Part shown: positions 12,480-24,785 of the stretch, in pieces
Layout: each line of letters begins with the position of its first letter
Numbering within the stretch: the first letter of the stretch is position 1
Assembly (NCBI GenBank): GCA_951406725.2
Contig: OX597819.1
Location: 78,368,001 to 78,432,000 of the forward strand
Reading direction: 5' to 3'
Length of the DNA: 64,000 nt
From: Octopus vulgaris
Lineage: Eukaryota
Position numbers and translations under genes: made by a program
Notes under the pieces: model-generated
What the model was told of the DNA's origin: nothing
Databases searched by the model: none
What the model saw: only the letters and a program-made list of their open reading frames with translations

Positions 12480-12995
12480 GTAGGCAGTGGCTCTCGTGAC
12501 TTCTGATTGTAACTGATTGGAAGTGTTATCATGTACGTGTTTTGTCTTGGTATAAAAGATGGGCTGCAGCAAATATTCTGCTCAATACCAAAGGTTTGCT
12601 TGTCAGTTGCTTGACCTTAACTAGTTGAGCAAGTCCCTTGGTGACTGACGATATGTGCATCTCTGATCATGAGCAGTGTAGGAGCATCATAGCCATGGGT
12701 TGAGAGGAATTATCTGGGGTTTGAATAATTCATCTCTGGAATGGGTGCTTACTTCATCATGCTTAAAAAACCCTTATTCAGAGACTTTTTGAGCGGGATG
12801 GGCTACTCGACCTGAAGAAAATCCTAACTGCAAGGTCATGCGCTGTTTTATCTTGAGATGAGATCAACATGTCGCGCACATATGATGCATGTGCCTGGTG
12901 CACTTTTATCAGACGGATAGTCATGATGGGTATATCGAGCGTCATATGTTTGTAACCCAGTGTCAATTTGATGGCATGCGCTGCTCTCTCACTCA
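12480..12995 (+). repeat. Unclassified interspersed repeat ending ...CTCTCACTCAA + A-rich triplets; second copy at 36897-37228
   Basis: Shared blocks CCTTAAC(T/C)AGTTGAGCA, TCTGATCATGAGCA, CCCTTATTCAGAGAC, CTGCAAGGTCATGCG; probably a retroelement 3' region. Confidence 0.7.
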
Positions 12996-13519
12996 AAAAC
13001 AAGAAGCAGGAAAAGAAGAAGAAGATGATGATGATGAAGAACAACAACAACAAAAATAATAATAATAATTAATAACATCAAAAAGGAAAGACATATAAGA
13101 TAATACAGTCCTATACAGCACCGCCACATTCATCACAAATGCAGGTGAATGCGTACATGTCACAGTAGAGCTGAGTGACAGTAAAGGGTGTCGAGTATTG
13201 TTAGTGTGAGTTGAGTGTCAGTCTCAGTGAGTGTTGAGTGTGAGTGATTATCATTGTTGACGAGTGTGGATGTGGTTAAGTGGAGGTATGGATATGTGAA
13301 CGTAATGTGTGCATGTCTCCTTTCTATTTACTTGACTTGAGAGAAGGCGGGATAGTAACCCACTCTCACTTCACAGATCTTTCTATGTGACTGGTGTAGT
13401 TGATGCTCATTTTTTTTGCACTACTTGTTGATCAATTGCAGCACAGAAAGCAAGACCAGAGGGGCCATAAACACGTCTATCTCTGCCTGCCTGTCAATCA
13501 TTTATACTTACTTATAAAA

Positions 13520-13853
13520 TTATCAACAATCCATCCATCCATCCATCCATCCATCTATCCATCTACCTACCAACCTACGTATCTATTTACCTGTCTATCT
13601 ATCTATCTATCTATCTATCTACCTACCTACCTGTTTATCGATCTATCTACCTACCTACCTACTTGTCTATCCATCTATCTATCTATCTATCTACCTACAT
13701 ACCTACCTACCTACCTACCTACCTACCTGTTTATCTATCTATCAATCTACCTACCTACATGTCTATATATCTATCAATCTACCTACCTACATGTCTATCT
13801 ATCAATCTACCTACCTACATGTCTATCTATCTATCAATCTACCTACCTACATG

Positions 13854-13893
<40 letters not shown>

Positions 13894-13949
13894 CCTACAT
13901 GTCTATCTATCTATCTATCTACATGTCTATCTATCTATCTATCTACATG

Positions 13950-14002
<53 letters not shown>
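13520..14002. repeat. (ATCT)n/(ACCT)n compound microsatellite
   Basis: Visible directly. Confidence 0.95.
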
Positions 14003-14003
<1 letters not shown>

Positions 14004-14454
14004 GGTGTGTGTGCAGATAAAGTCGCTTATAATGACGGATAGCGTTATCAAACGGTTAGTTTTGATAAAATTAGTGCTTGAGGGGGACGGCAAACACTCA
14101 GTATATTGTTCGTTATGTCCTCTGCTTAATGTTATCAGCATGTTATTGCTATCTAAAAGACTCCGAATGAAAATGACCCCACCAAGCAACTTGGACCGTA
14201 TACAAATATGAGCACGCGTGCACAAGCACACACATACACACGCACTCTCTCTCTCACACAAGCACACACATTTGTGTATTAAGGCTACCGTTGGTTTTGA
14301 TGTTAAGCAAAATATCGTAATACCTTAACAATTTTTCTAGCCGATCACATGAAAGGATGGTTTTCATTTCCATTTTGGATCCTTAATACACAAATAAAGA
14401 AATTTTATCCACCCATTTGGTGTTGAGCCCTCATTCTCATTGCTCGACATTTAC

Positions 14455-14489
<35 letters not shown>

Positions 14490-14492
14490 CAT

Positions 14493-14830
14493 GGAGACGC
14501 AATGGCCCAGTGGTTAAGGCAGCGGACTCGCGATCGTAGGATCGCGGTTTCGATTCCCAGACCGGGCGTTGTGTGTGTTTATTGAGCGAAAACACCTAAA
14601 AAAGCTCCACGAAGCTCCGGCAGGGGGGGGGGGTGATCCCTGCTGTACCCTTTCACCATCCTTTCTCTCACTCTTTCTGCTGTTGGCCTGCTCGCTTAGC
14701 CAGCGGGGTGGCGTCATTGGAAGGCTAAAAACAATGCGAACGCATTGTGACCAGCGATGTGCAGCAGCGATGTGCAGCAGCGATGTGCAGCAGCGTCTGA
14801 TGGTCTGGTCGGTCACGTGATCACGTGATA
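14493..14830 (+). mobile_element. tRNA-derived SINE family C; inverted relative at about 47370-47715, fragment at about 26320-26410
   Basis: TGGCCCAGTGGTTAAGGC A-box, GGTTTCGATTCCC B-box, tRNA-Arg-like head; internal 13-bp triplication GCAGCAGCGATGT. Confidence 0.8.
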
Positions 14831-15087
14831 TATACACACACACACACATGCTCATGATGGTAAATGTGTGACACAATCGATAAAGCGTCGTGATAAAATG
14901 CTTTCCGGCACAGTAGCGTGACTAGGGGTTACGGTGCCCAATATGACCCTTAAATTTGCCGTTCGCACCACCTCAAGCTCCCCCCAACCTATGCATACTT
15001 ACACAACAGACCAAAATGTGCCGTCCCCATAAAAGCGTTCCCCAAGACAGACCACCGCTTGCCCCACCCTTCTGCCAGCTCGACGCC

Positions 15088-15139
<52 letters not shown>

Positions 15140-15141
<2 letters not shown>

Positions 15142-15540
15142 TGGCTGTGTGGTAAGTAGCCTTCTACCAACTACATGGTTCCGGGTTCAGTCCCACTGCG
15201 TGGCACCTTGGGCAAGTGTCTTCTACTATAGCCTCGGGCCGACCAAAGCCTTGTGAGTGGATTTGGTAGACGGAAACTGAAAGAAGCCCTTCGTATATAT
15301 GTATATATATGTATGTATGCGTGTGTGTGTTTGTGTGTCTGTGTTTGTCCCCATAGCATTGCTTGACAACCGATGTTGGTGTGGTTATGTCCGCGTCACT
15401 TAGCGGTTCGGCAAAAGAGACCGATAGAATAAGTACTGGGCTTACAAAAGAATAAGTTCCGGGGTCGAGTTGTTCGATTAAAGGCGGTGCTCCAGCATGG
15501 CCGCAGTCAAATGACTGAAACAAGTAAAAGAGTAAAGAGT
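15140..15540 (+). mobile_element. Near full-length bipartite SINE family A (head - microsatellite - 3' module)
   Basis: Head as at 4501, (TA)/(TG) linker, 3' module ending GGCGGTGCTCCAGCATGGCCGCAGTCAAATGACTGAAACAAGTAAAAGA. Confidence 0.9.
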
Positions 15541-15769
15541 AATAATAAACGAACCAGCCTGATAAGGGACATGCTTATTTTTGGTGTTATCCTTACTAAA
15601 ATTGGCGAATTCATCTCGCTATGATCATTTTTTAAAATCAGTTTTTTCTTTGGCAAGGTTTCTATTTTAGTAACGGGAAGGTTTACGAAAATAAACAAAA
15701 GACGAAGGCAGGTGGAGTACAAACAAGCAAATGTATTAGTATGGCACTCAGGAATAGAAATAGAACAAG

Positions 15770-15807
15770 TCTTTTACGTTTCGAGTCTACGCTCTTCGAC
15801 AGAAAGA
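15770..15807 (-). ncRNA. Minimal type-I hammerhead-like motif (A6U core variant) in a probable Penelope-like remnant
   Basis: Minus strand UCUUU-CUGUCGA-A-GAG-cguaga-CUC-GAAACGUA-AAAGA: 5-bp helix I, 3-bp helix II, palindromic ACGU in place of helix III. Confidence 0.5.
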
Positions 15808-16360
15808 TTACACAGAAAAGAAACAAGGAGAGAAAATATGCGTGGACGTCAGTCATGAGTGAGTGCGTGTGCGAACGTGCATTTGACAGTTCAGCTCTGT
15901 CAAGCAGTTGAAACACAATGTCACACACACTCACTCATGACGTCATAGACTTTTAACAAAAGATTGCCTTTTTTTCTTTCTATTTCTTCCGTGATCCCTC
16001 TACAAAGATAGTGAGGTAGTGTTATGTAGAGATTTAATAGTGCCACCTTCCGCCCCCCTCGCCCTGTCACTCTTTGCCACTCCAAAACGTTTTAAAAATA
16101 TTTCTGCCTTGTGTCAACATTTGAAATCCTAAGAATACAATAGCAATTGTAATAATATACATCACAAACCAACAATAATAACAACAGTTGCTGTGTTGGA
16201 GAAACATACTTCGGCTTCTTACAAAGCCTTTTTTTAAAAAAAAAAAATTATTCTATTCAAAATCCTGAGGCGACAATTAGAGAGATCCGCTTACAACACG
16301 TTACATAATTGAGAGAAAGAAAGATAGAAGGACAGAGAGAGAGAGAGTGTGTGTGTGTGT

Positions 16361-16419
<59 letters not shown>

Positions 16420-16609
16420 CGTGCGTGTGATATTGCGGGTATTTGTGCGAGTGCAGATATGCATAAGTGTGCGTGTGTAATATATGTGCTTGTATGTACT
16501 TTTAATGAGAATATGAGTGGAAAGAGAACGTTGTTTTTACATAAAGTAATGTGTTTATTGCTCCTATTAATATAATAAAAAAGTGTATTAAAAGTACGCA
16601 TTTATGTTA

Positions 16610-17700
16610 CAAGCAAATCTACTCATCTACGATGGAGGCGTAAAATGAGGGAGGGAAGTCATAACAGCGATATGTATTGAGAAATGTGTAAATGGACTTG
16701 ATAGATTACTGGGTGATGTCTTAGAGAAATCACATTATTCTTGGTGATACAGTATTCTTTTGCAGCTATATGACATGTGTTTGCAACTAAGTGACATGTG
16801 ATGACGATTCACTCCAGATCTGAAATGGGCTCCCAGCCTCTGTATCATAAATGGTCATGTGGACCATTCCTAACGAAAGCCAGAGCTTCCTTCGACCACT
16901 ACATAAAAAGTATTAAGAAAAAGATGTTATTTAGATATACCTTTATTTTAGTCGTTTACACTATTTTGCGCTTGTTTATGCTGTTATATTCAGAGTTCAC
17001 AAATTCCTTATTCAAATTATGAATCATATTCCTTTCGATAATATCGGTATGATTACAAAACTTCTTCGTAGACGATATTTTCTGTTTCGTTGACACTAAT
17101 TTTCAAATTACCGGAGTCCGTTGCTCTACTCATAGCGACGTATAACTGGCCGTATGTAAACATCAGAGTAGGTAAAAATACACCTACGCGATGTAAAGTC
17201 TGGCCTTGTGCCTTGTTTGCTGTGAATGCGCGAGCGGTATCTTTAGGGTAGCAGAAAATAAAGCTAAGACATACCACTCACTGTTCTATGCAAATAATGT
17301 CTGGATGCTTTGGTACCATGGATTATTTTGATTGACAAATCTGAGGTGTAAACAACAGCTGCTTCGATTAACCGTTTCGAATCCTACTCGAGACTGACAC
17401 ACTTCAATAACCACTAAATAATCACACACACAATATACTGATACACACTTCTTCCATTTTATTATCGCGGTTAACCGTCCTCGCGACCACCTTCGTATCT
17501 ACGATAAGGCCACGAGCTATACGACGAAAATCCAGAGTTACTCGTGGTCGGTGAATTTTTAATAAAAATAGGGTGGTTTATCAATTCAAAAATCGATATT
17601 TTTAATGCTAAAAACCTTCCTGACGACCATCTTTGGCCGTGAAGAGGGAATTGACAAAGAGACGGACAGACAGACGGACATAACGCCCATTATAGTAAGA
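16610..17700 (-). mobile_element. Internally deleted Helitron carrying a helicase fragment
   Basis: 5' A|TCTTACTATAATGGG at 17700; 3' hairpin CATCGTAGATG plus CTTG|T (decayed CTAG) at 16610. Confidence 0.75.
17053..17240 (-). pseudogene. C-terminus of Helitron RepHel PIF1-like (SF1) helicase
   Basis: AFTANKAQGQTLHRVGVFLPTLMFTYGQLYVAMSRA...NIVYEEVL matches the Helitron pattern TINKSQGQ...FSHGQLYVALSR...NIVY.EVL. Confidence 0.9.
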
Positions 17701-18010
17701 TAGCAAATCTGCCCATCTACGATGAGAAATAAAGGGATAATATCGCAAATATAAACCCTTTAAATTCACAAACTATACCGTGGGGAAATTCAGAGTTAAA
17801 AAAAAAAAAATCGAAGGTGATTTATTAATACAAAACCCAATATCCTCTAAATAATCATACTTTTTCACATTTTTTTTCTTTTGGGGGCGGTAAAAACCTT
17901 CCTGATTACATCCTTCGTAATCCCGAAAATCATCGTAACCACTGGTCCAGCCGTTCGACCGTGAAGAGGGAACAGACACACAGACGAACATACCACCAAT
18001 TTTAGTAAGA
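17701..18010 (-). mobile_element. Short non-autonomous Helitron joined head-to-tail to the element at 16610-17700
   Basis: 5' A|TCTTACTAAAATTGG at 18010; shares CCCTCTTCACGG and CAGGAAGGTTTTTA with its neighbour; 3' CATCGTAGATGGGCAGATTTGCTA. Confidence 0.7.
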
Positions 18011-18263
18011 TAACACCTGAAATAAGCATGTCCCTTATCAGGTTGGTTCGTTTATTATTAATTATTATTATTAATAAAAAGAATTTATTATTATTATTAC
18101 TATTATTATTATTATTATTATTATTATTATCATTATTATTTTTATTCTGCAGAAGTCGAACTTGTCTTTCATCTTCTCGGAGTCGATAAAATGAAGTACC
18201 AGTCGATGAAATCGACCTGTCCCCTCACCCAACGTTTCACACCTTTTGCCTATACTTGAACAG

Positions 18264-18298
<35 letters not shown>

Positions 18299-18300
18299 TT

Positions 18301-18738
18301 AAGGCGGCGAGCTGGCAGAAACGTTAGCACGCCGGGCGAAATGCTTAGCGGTATTTCGTCTGCCGTTACGTTCTGAGTTCAAATTCCGTCGAGGTCGACT
18401 TTGCCTTTCATCCTTTCGGGGTCGATAAATTAAGTACCAGTTACGCACTGGGGTCGATGTAATCGACTTAATACCTATGTCTGTCCTTGTTTGTCCCCTC
18501 TGTGTTTAGCCCCTTGTGGGTAATAAAGAAATAGTTATTTCGTCTGCCGCTACGTTCTGAGTTCAAATTCCGTCGAGGTCGACTTTGCCTTTCATCCTTT
18601 TGGGGTTGATTAAATAAGTACCAGTTACGCGCTGAGGTCGATATAATTATCGATAAATTAAGTACCAGTTGCGTACTGGGGTCTATTTAATCGACTGGCC
18701 CCCTCCCCCGAAATTTCAGCCTTGTGCCTAGAGTAGAC
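18301..18738 (+). mobile_element. SINE family B dimer (first unit tail type B, last unit tail type A)
   Basis: Complete head AAGGCGGCGAGCTGGCAGAAACGTTAG; junction GAAATAG|TTATTTCGTC near 18534. Confidence 0.85.
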
Positions 18739-18940
18739 CAACTCTAATCCAACGTATATGGTATAATCAAAGGCCATCCAGCAGTGGCCATCCCAGTTGT
18801 TCGGTGCGCGCACGTATGTGTGTGAGAGAAAGAGAGAACGAGAGAGAGAGGAAGAGAGAAAGAAACAGAGAGAAACAAATGTGACTGGCAAGCTAGTGGA
18901 TGTGCAGGAGTGCATATGTGTGTGCATATTCGTACTCACG

Positions 18941-18977
<37 letters not shown>

Positions 18978-19278
18978 CATATCAAGCGCGGTTTCAGGAG
19001 TTTTTCGAAAGGAGGATACAAAGTCAGAAGGAAATACACTTCCAGGAGAGAAGGTCTGCCCCCGTATAGATTCTTTTAGTCCTCTATTTGCTTCAGTTAT
19101 TTGACCGCGGCCACGCTGGAGCAGCACCTTTAATCGAACAAATCAACTCCAGGATTTATTCTTTGTAAGCCTAGTAATTTATTCTATCGGTACCTTTTGC
19201 CGAACTGCTAAGCTACGGGGACGTAAACACACCAACATCGGTTGTCAAGCGATGGTAGAGGTGTGGACATAGACACAG

Positions 19279-19315
<37 letters not shown>

Positions 19316-19623
19316 CACATACACACGCGCGCACACATAATGTATGTATATATACACACACATACATAAGTGCGAGTGTGTGTGAGTTTGTATTTCATAA
19401 GCTGGAGCCTTAACAAAAGCGACTCAAGGAGCGGAAATTTCGCGCATTATATATGCATACAAATAATTATATATATATATATGTGTGTGTTTGTGTGTGT
19501 GTGTGTGTATGTATTACGCACACATACATGTGTTCGTGATATAAGCAATTTTGTGGTATTATATCGATGTGCGTATCTATGTGTGCATGGAAAAAAAATT
19601 GATAATTGTTCTTGTCAGCCACA

Positions 19624-19642
19624 AGGTCAGCGCCATTGACCT
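19624..19642. promoter_or_regulatory. Candidate nuclear-receptor inverted repeat (IR7)
   Basis: AGGTCA-gcgccat-TGACCT in a unique island; motif match only. Confidence 0.3.
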
Positions 19643-19864
19643 ATGATAAAAGGTGTGCCAGACTTGATTGAATATTCCATATATATATATATATATGTAT
19701 ATATATACACGCGGGCACACACACACAGCAGTAAGCACATAAATGCAAAACAAGGTGGAACAACAGTATTTGAATAACGAAGGTAGAGTAATGTTTTTGT
19801 TTTTTATTAAAGCTGATGTTTTTGCTGCTTAAATAAAATGTGTGTGTGTGTGTGTGTGTCTGTA

Positions 19865-20276
19865 TTTTTTCTACTCTAGGCACAAACCCGAAATTTTTTT
19901 TTTTGGCGGGGATGGGGCACCAGTCGATTTGATGGACCTCAGAACGCAACTGGTACTTAATTTATCAACCTCGGAAGAATGAAAGGCAAAGTTGACCTCG
20001 GCGGAATTTGAACTCAGAACTTAAAGACAGACGAAATACTCATTTCTTTACTACCCACAAGGGGCTAAACACAGAGAGGACAAACAAGGACAGACAAACG
20101 GATTAAGTCGATTATATCGACCCCCAGTTCATAACTGGTACTTATTTAATCGACCCCAGAAGGATGAAAGGCAAAGTCAGTCGACCTCGGCGGAATTTGA
20201 ACTCAGAACGTAACGGCAGACGAAATACCGCTAAGCATTTCGCCCGGCGTGCTAACGTTTCTGCCAACTCACCGCC

Positions 20277-20278
<2 letters not shown>
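19865..20278 (-). mobile_element. SINE family B dimer
   Basis: Same junction near 20040; first unit tail B, last unit tail A. Confidence 0.85.
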
Positions 20279-20343
<65 letters not shown>

Positions 20344-20529
20344 ATGCGTGTGTGCATATATATATAAGCGCAGGTGTGGTTGTGTGGCATGAAGCTTGCT
20401 TTCGAGCCACATAGTTCCGGGTTCAGTCCTACGATATATATACTGGGGTCAATTCGATCGACTAAAATTCTTCAAAGCGATGCCCTAGCATGGCCGTAGT
20501 CAAACGATTCAAAACGAACAAAAGATAAA

Positions 20530-20585
<56 letters not shown>

Positions 20586-20588
20586 CCT

Positions 20589-20629
<41 letters not shown>

Positions 20630-20663
20630 ATGCCGGGTTGGAGAGGTGTATACGCCATTTTGT

Positions 20664-20718
<55 letters not shown>

Positions 20719-21671
20719 GTGACGGTGGTAAATGAGGAGGAAGAGAGCTTGGTTGATTACATGCGGGACTCGATATGTAGTTAGTTGAGCAATGGTGTTG
20801 GCTAAGTCGTTCGCAAGCAAGCAGCTGCTTCACATGGGGAGAGGCTGTCATTAATCTTTGTCATGGAATCTCCGACACACAGACATATGACAGACAACTT
20901 GCAAAGCACCACCACCACCACCACCACCACATCAGCAACACACATACACACACACACGCACGCACGCTTGTAATATCTCGGTGTGCACTTCTAATGTGAA
21001 CCCCTTTGCTTTTACACTCATCAGTCAACCCACATTATTTCACCATTCGCTCATTCAATCACTCACTCATTCACTCACTCTTTTTCTCTCTCTCTCTCTC
21101 TCTTCTTCCTTTAATGATTCCCCCCACCCTCAACTTAAGTCCATCATCTCACTCTTTACTCTCCTCTTCCCTTTACTCTTGCTATCTCCACCACAATCTG
21201 CTTATTCCGTTGTTCAGCTATCCTCTACTCACCACCACCTAACTCTCTCAGTTTCTCTCTCTTACTCACGCACACACAGACACACATACACACACACACA
21301 CAGAAGCATGGTTCAGTGGTTAAGAAGTTCGCTTCGTTTCTACTTGGGTTCGAGCCTACGGCGTGGGACCTTAACAAGTGTTTTCTGCTATACCAGCCGC
21401 GGACAAACTGCGGCTCACGGGACTTCCTAGAATGGCACATTTAACGAAAATTTACTTCGAACACTTTTTTTAGTAGTGCGGCCCGCCAGGTGATGAAGCA
21501 TGTATCTTGGAAAAAGCCATCCATATAATAATTTTAGTCTTGGACTGATTCAGCAATACACTGCAGAAGAAATTTGGTTGATGGAAAGTGCACAGCAGCA
21601 TGCTTGAATGTATGTATATGTATGCATGCATGCACGCACACACACAAACACACACACACGATATGTATCAC

Positions 21672-22070
21672 ACTGGCAGAAACGTTAGCACGCCGGGCGA
21701 AATGCTTAGCGGTATTTCGTCTGCCGTTACGTTCTGAGTTCAAATTCCGCCGAGGTCGACTTTGCCTTTCAGGGTCGATAAATTAAGTACCAGTTACGCA
21801 CTGGAGTCGATATAATCGACTTAATCCGTTTGTCTGTCCTTGTTTGTCCCCTCTGTGTTTAGCCCCTTGTGGGTTGTAAAGAAATAAGTATTTCGTCTGC
21901 CGTTACGTTCTGAGTTCAAATTTCGCCAAGGTCGACTTTGCCTTTCATCCTTTCGGGGTCGATAAATTAAGTACCAGTTACGCACCGGGGCTGATGTAAT
22001 CGACTTAATACCTATGTCTGTCCTTGTTTGTCCCCTCTATGTTTAGCCCCTCGTGGGTAATAAAGTAACA
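21672..22070 (+). mobile_element. SINE family B dimer
   Basis: Junction GAAATAA|GTATTTCGTC near 21888; both units have tail B. Confidence 0.85.
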
Positions 22071-22680
22071 GATATGTAACACACTGCCTAAATACCAATC
22101 TTGAGAAATTAGACTTACAGATCCGAGCCTGTTAAACTTAGCAGAAGTTTATTATTTAAGTATATATGAGCATGTCTAGACATGCAACTATATAACTCCA
22201 GCGAGTTAACTTGGGATCCCTTGGCGACAATGTAACCTTCATTTGACTAAGGTATCTTCAACCTGATGAATAGCTAGTGGAGTACCCCTCGTTGAGTAAT
22301 TACTACCTCCGACGTTCAGCTAACCAGGAAACATATGTAGCCTGGATTTTTACCTGATCCATTCTCTCAATTTGGATTTTTATCCGCATACATACTAAAC
22401 CTAGTTGCTAACCATGAACTATAAAATAACTTTTCTTCGAATATCGAACTTCGATATGGAAAAAAATTTACAGGAGTGTCTGTGTGGTAAGTATCTTGAT
22501 GAAAGGCAAAGTTGACCTCGGCGAAATTTGAACTCAGAACGTAGCAGCAGACGAAATACCGCTAAGCATTTCACTTGAAAGCGATGTTCCAGTATGGCCG
22601 CACCCTACACGACAAAAGTATGCCTGTCTGTGCTGGTGTGTGTGTGTGTTTGTGTGTGTGGTGTGAATGCTGTTGTGAGT

Positions 22681-22733
<53 letters not shown>

Positions 22734-23793
22734 TCTGTATGTTGTGAGCTTTGCGAGTGTTGGAGAGAGAGAAAGAGAGAGTGAGATAGAGTGTGCACGT
22801 GCGTGTATGGTGTGTGAATGTGTTGTGTGAGTGCTGGAGAGAGAGAGAGAAAGAGAGAAAGATAGATAGGGTATGTGTGTGTGTGTGTGTGTGTGCCTTC
22901 TTTCCTGAATAAAGTTTCGTACAGGAACTAAAATGTTTATAGACGATCTCATTCTCTTTACTCAACAACTACCGTTTCTCTTAAACTATCCACGCACGCA
23001 CACACACAGGTGTGCAATGAGTGTTAGTATATACTCCACTCAGCAAAGTTCTCCGATAGCACCACTCCCTCATTACACACACGCCTTTCACAATGTTTGC
23101 CGTTTCAAAACTTCGCCTTCTTTCCATCTTTCTCTCTCTCCCACTCTATCGTTTTTATCATTCCCCCTCCCTCTTTATATCATACACATTCACCTCCGAA
23201 TTACTACTCCCACACACTTCTCCCCTCCTGCATCTCACTCAAACACTGATCTTCATATCTCCCTCTCCTTCCTCTCCCGCTAAACTGCGTACCGTTATCC
23301 TCCAATTTTCCATCGCTCTGTGTGTGTGTGTGTGTGTGTGTGTCTCAATGAGTATACGTGAGTGTCTGTCTGGGTGCACGCGTGTGTGTCTGTGAGTGTG
23401 CTTGTATATTTGTGTGGTGTATTAGGGTGGAGCGTTACGACCATCATCCATCTTTCCTTCCTTCCTTCCTTCCTTCCTCACCAGCATTTCCCCCCTTCCT
23501 TCCCTACTTACCCTACAATATTAATTTTCTACCAATCATATACCATTTACACAACCATCAATCTCTTCCTGCAACTTCTCATCTTTATCCTTTCTTTCTA
23601 TTTTTTTTTTTTTTTGCTTTTGTTTTTCTTCCCCCTACTCCTCTTCTTCTCTTCGTCCATCCATCACTCATCAACAACCTACATATCTATCCATAGGTTG
23701 GCCGTCACACCCTAAACCGGCCGACGGGCCGACCAGCCAATTAACCGTCCACTCAACTAACCTGCACCCACCCGTCTATCTATCTGTTTATCT

Positions 23794-23832
<39 letters not shown>

Positions 23833-23848
23833 TGCATACATACACACG

Positions 23849-23867
23849 TGGTGACCCCTAGCGGACA
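23849..23867 (-). promoter_or_regulatory. Candidate CTCF binding site
   Basis: Minus strand TGTCCGCTAGGGGTCACCA versus the CTCF core CCRCYAGRKGGCR, one core mismatch; motif match only. Confidence 0.35.
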
Positions 23868-23999
23868 GTTAATGCAAGGGAGATAATCATTTGTTCATAC
23901 TATTTGGCGGGATTAAATGTTTGAAATTAAAGAATAAGAGGGGCAAAATGCATAAAATGTACATATTTATTAATTTATATATATTTTGGCTTCCTTTTC

Positions 24000-24302
24000 T
24001 TTTACTTGTTTGAATCATTTGACTGCGACCATGCTGGGGCACCATGTTAAAGAATTTTTAGTCTAATGAATCGACTCCAGTACATTCTTTTTTTTTTTTT
24101 TTTTGTCAAATCTAGTACTTATTCTATCGCTATCTTTTGCTGAAATGCTAAGTTACGAGGACGTAAATACATCAACACCAATTATCAGGCAGTGACACAT
24201 ACATAGTAGAAGACACTTGCCCAAGGTGCCACACATTGAGACTGAACCCAGAACCCTGTTTTTAGGAACCAAGCTTTTTACCACAGAGCCACACCTGCAC
24301 CT
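24000..24302 (-). mobile_element. Decayed SINE family A
   Basis: 3' module and head on the minus strand. Confidence 0.75.
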
Positions 24303-24648
24303 CTTATTACGAAGTTATTAAAATTTGTGGTCAGGGGTAATATAGCACTATTTAGTTTTTATTCGAGAAAACATCAGTATGACATAACCTGAGATATATT
24401 AATTAAACATTTTATAATGTAAGACATCCTTTACAGATAGAAAATAATTTGTGAGAAAGAAATTCATGATTTCATGTTTTTTTTATTTTTGTTTTCTTTT
24501 TCTTCAAAGGGCGTTAGTTTAGCAAACCGTGAGAGAAAAGAAAAAGGTCTTAATGTGTACATACGAGTAACTAAATATCCATCAGTCTGTCTGTCCGTCC
24601 GTCTATCTACCTATCTGTCTGTCTCTATATTTATCTATTTATATTTAG

Positions 24649-24713
<65 letters not shown>

Positions 24714-24746
24714 TACATACATATCTATCTATCTATCTACACACAC

Positions 24747-24785
<39 letters not shown>

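Noticed and set aside
14493-14575. tRNA gene (and similar heads at 4501, 7158, 18301, 39508)
   Set aside because: A/B boxes are present but the acceptor stems are broken and the heads continue into multi-copy SINE bodies.
14911-15070. hAT-like end CAGTAGCGTGACTAGG (similar single end GGCTACGCCTCTG at 41244-41256)
   Set aside because: Only one terminus and no TSD, so the element cannot be delimited.
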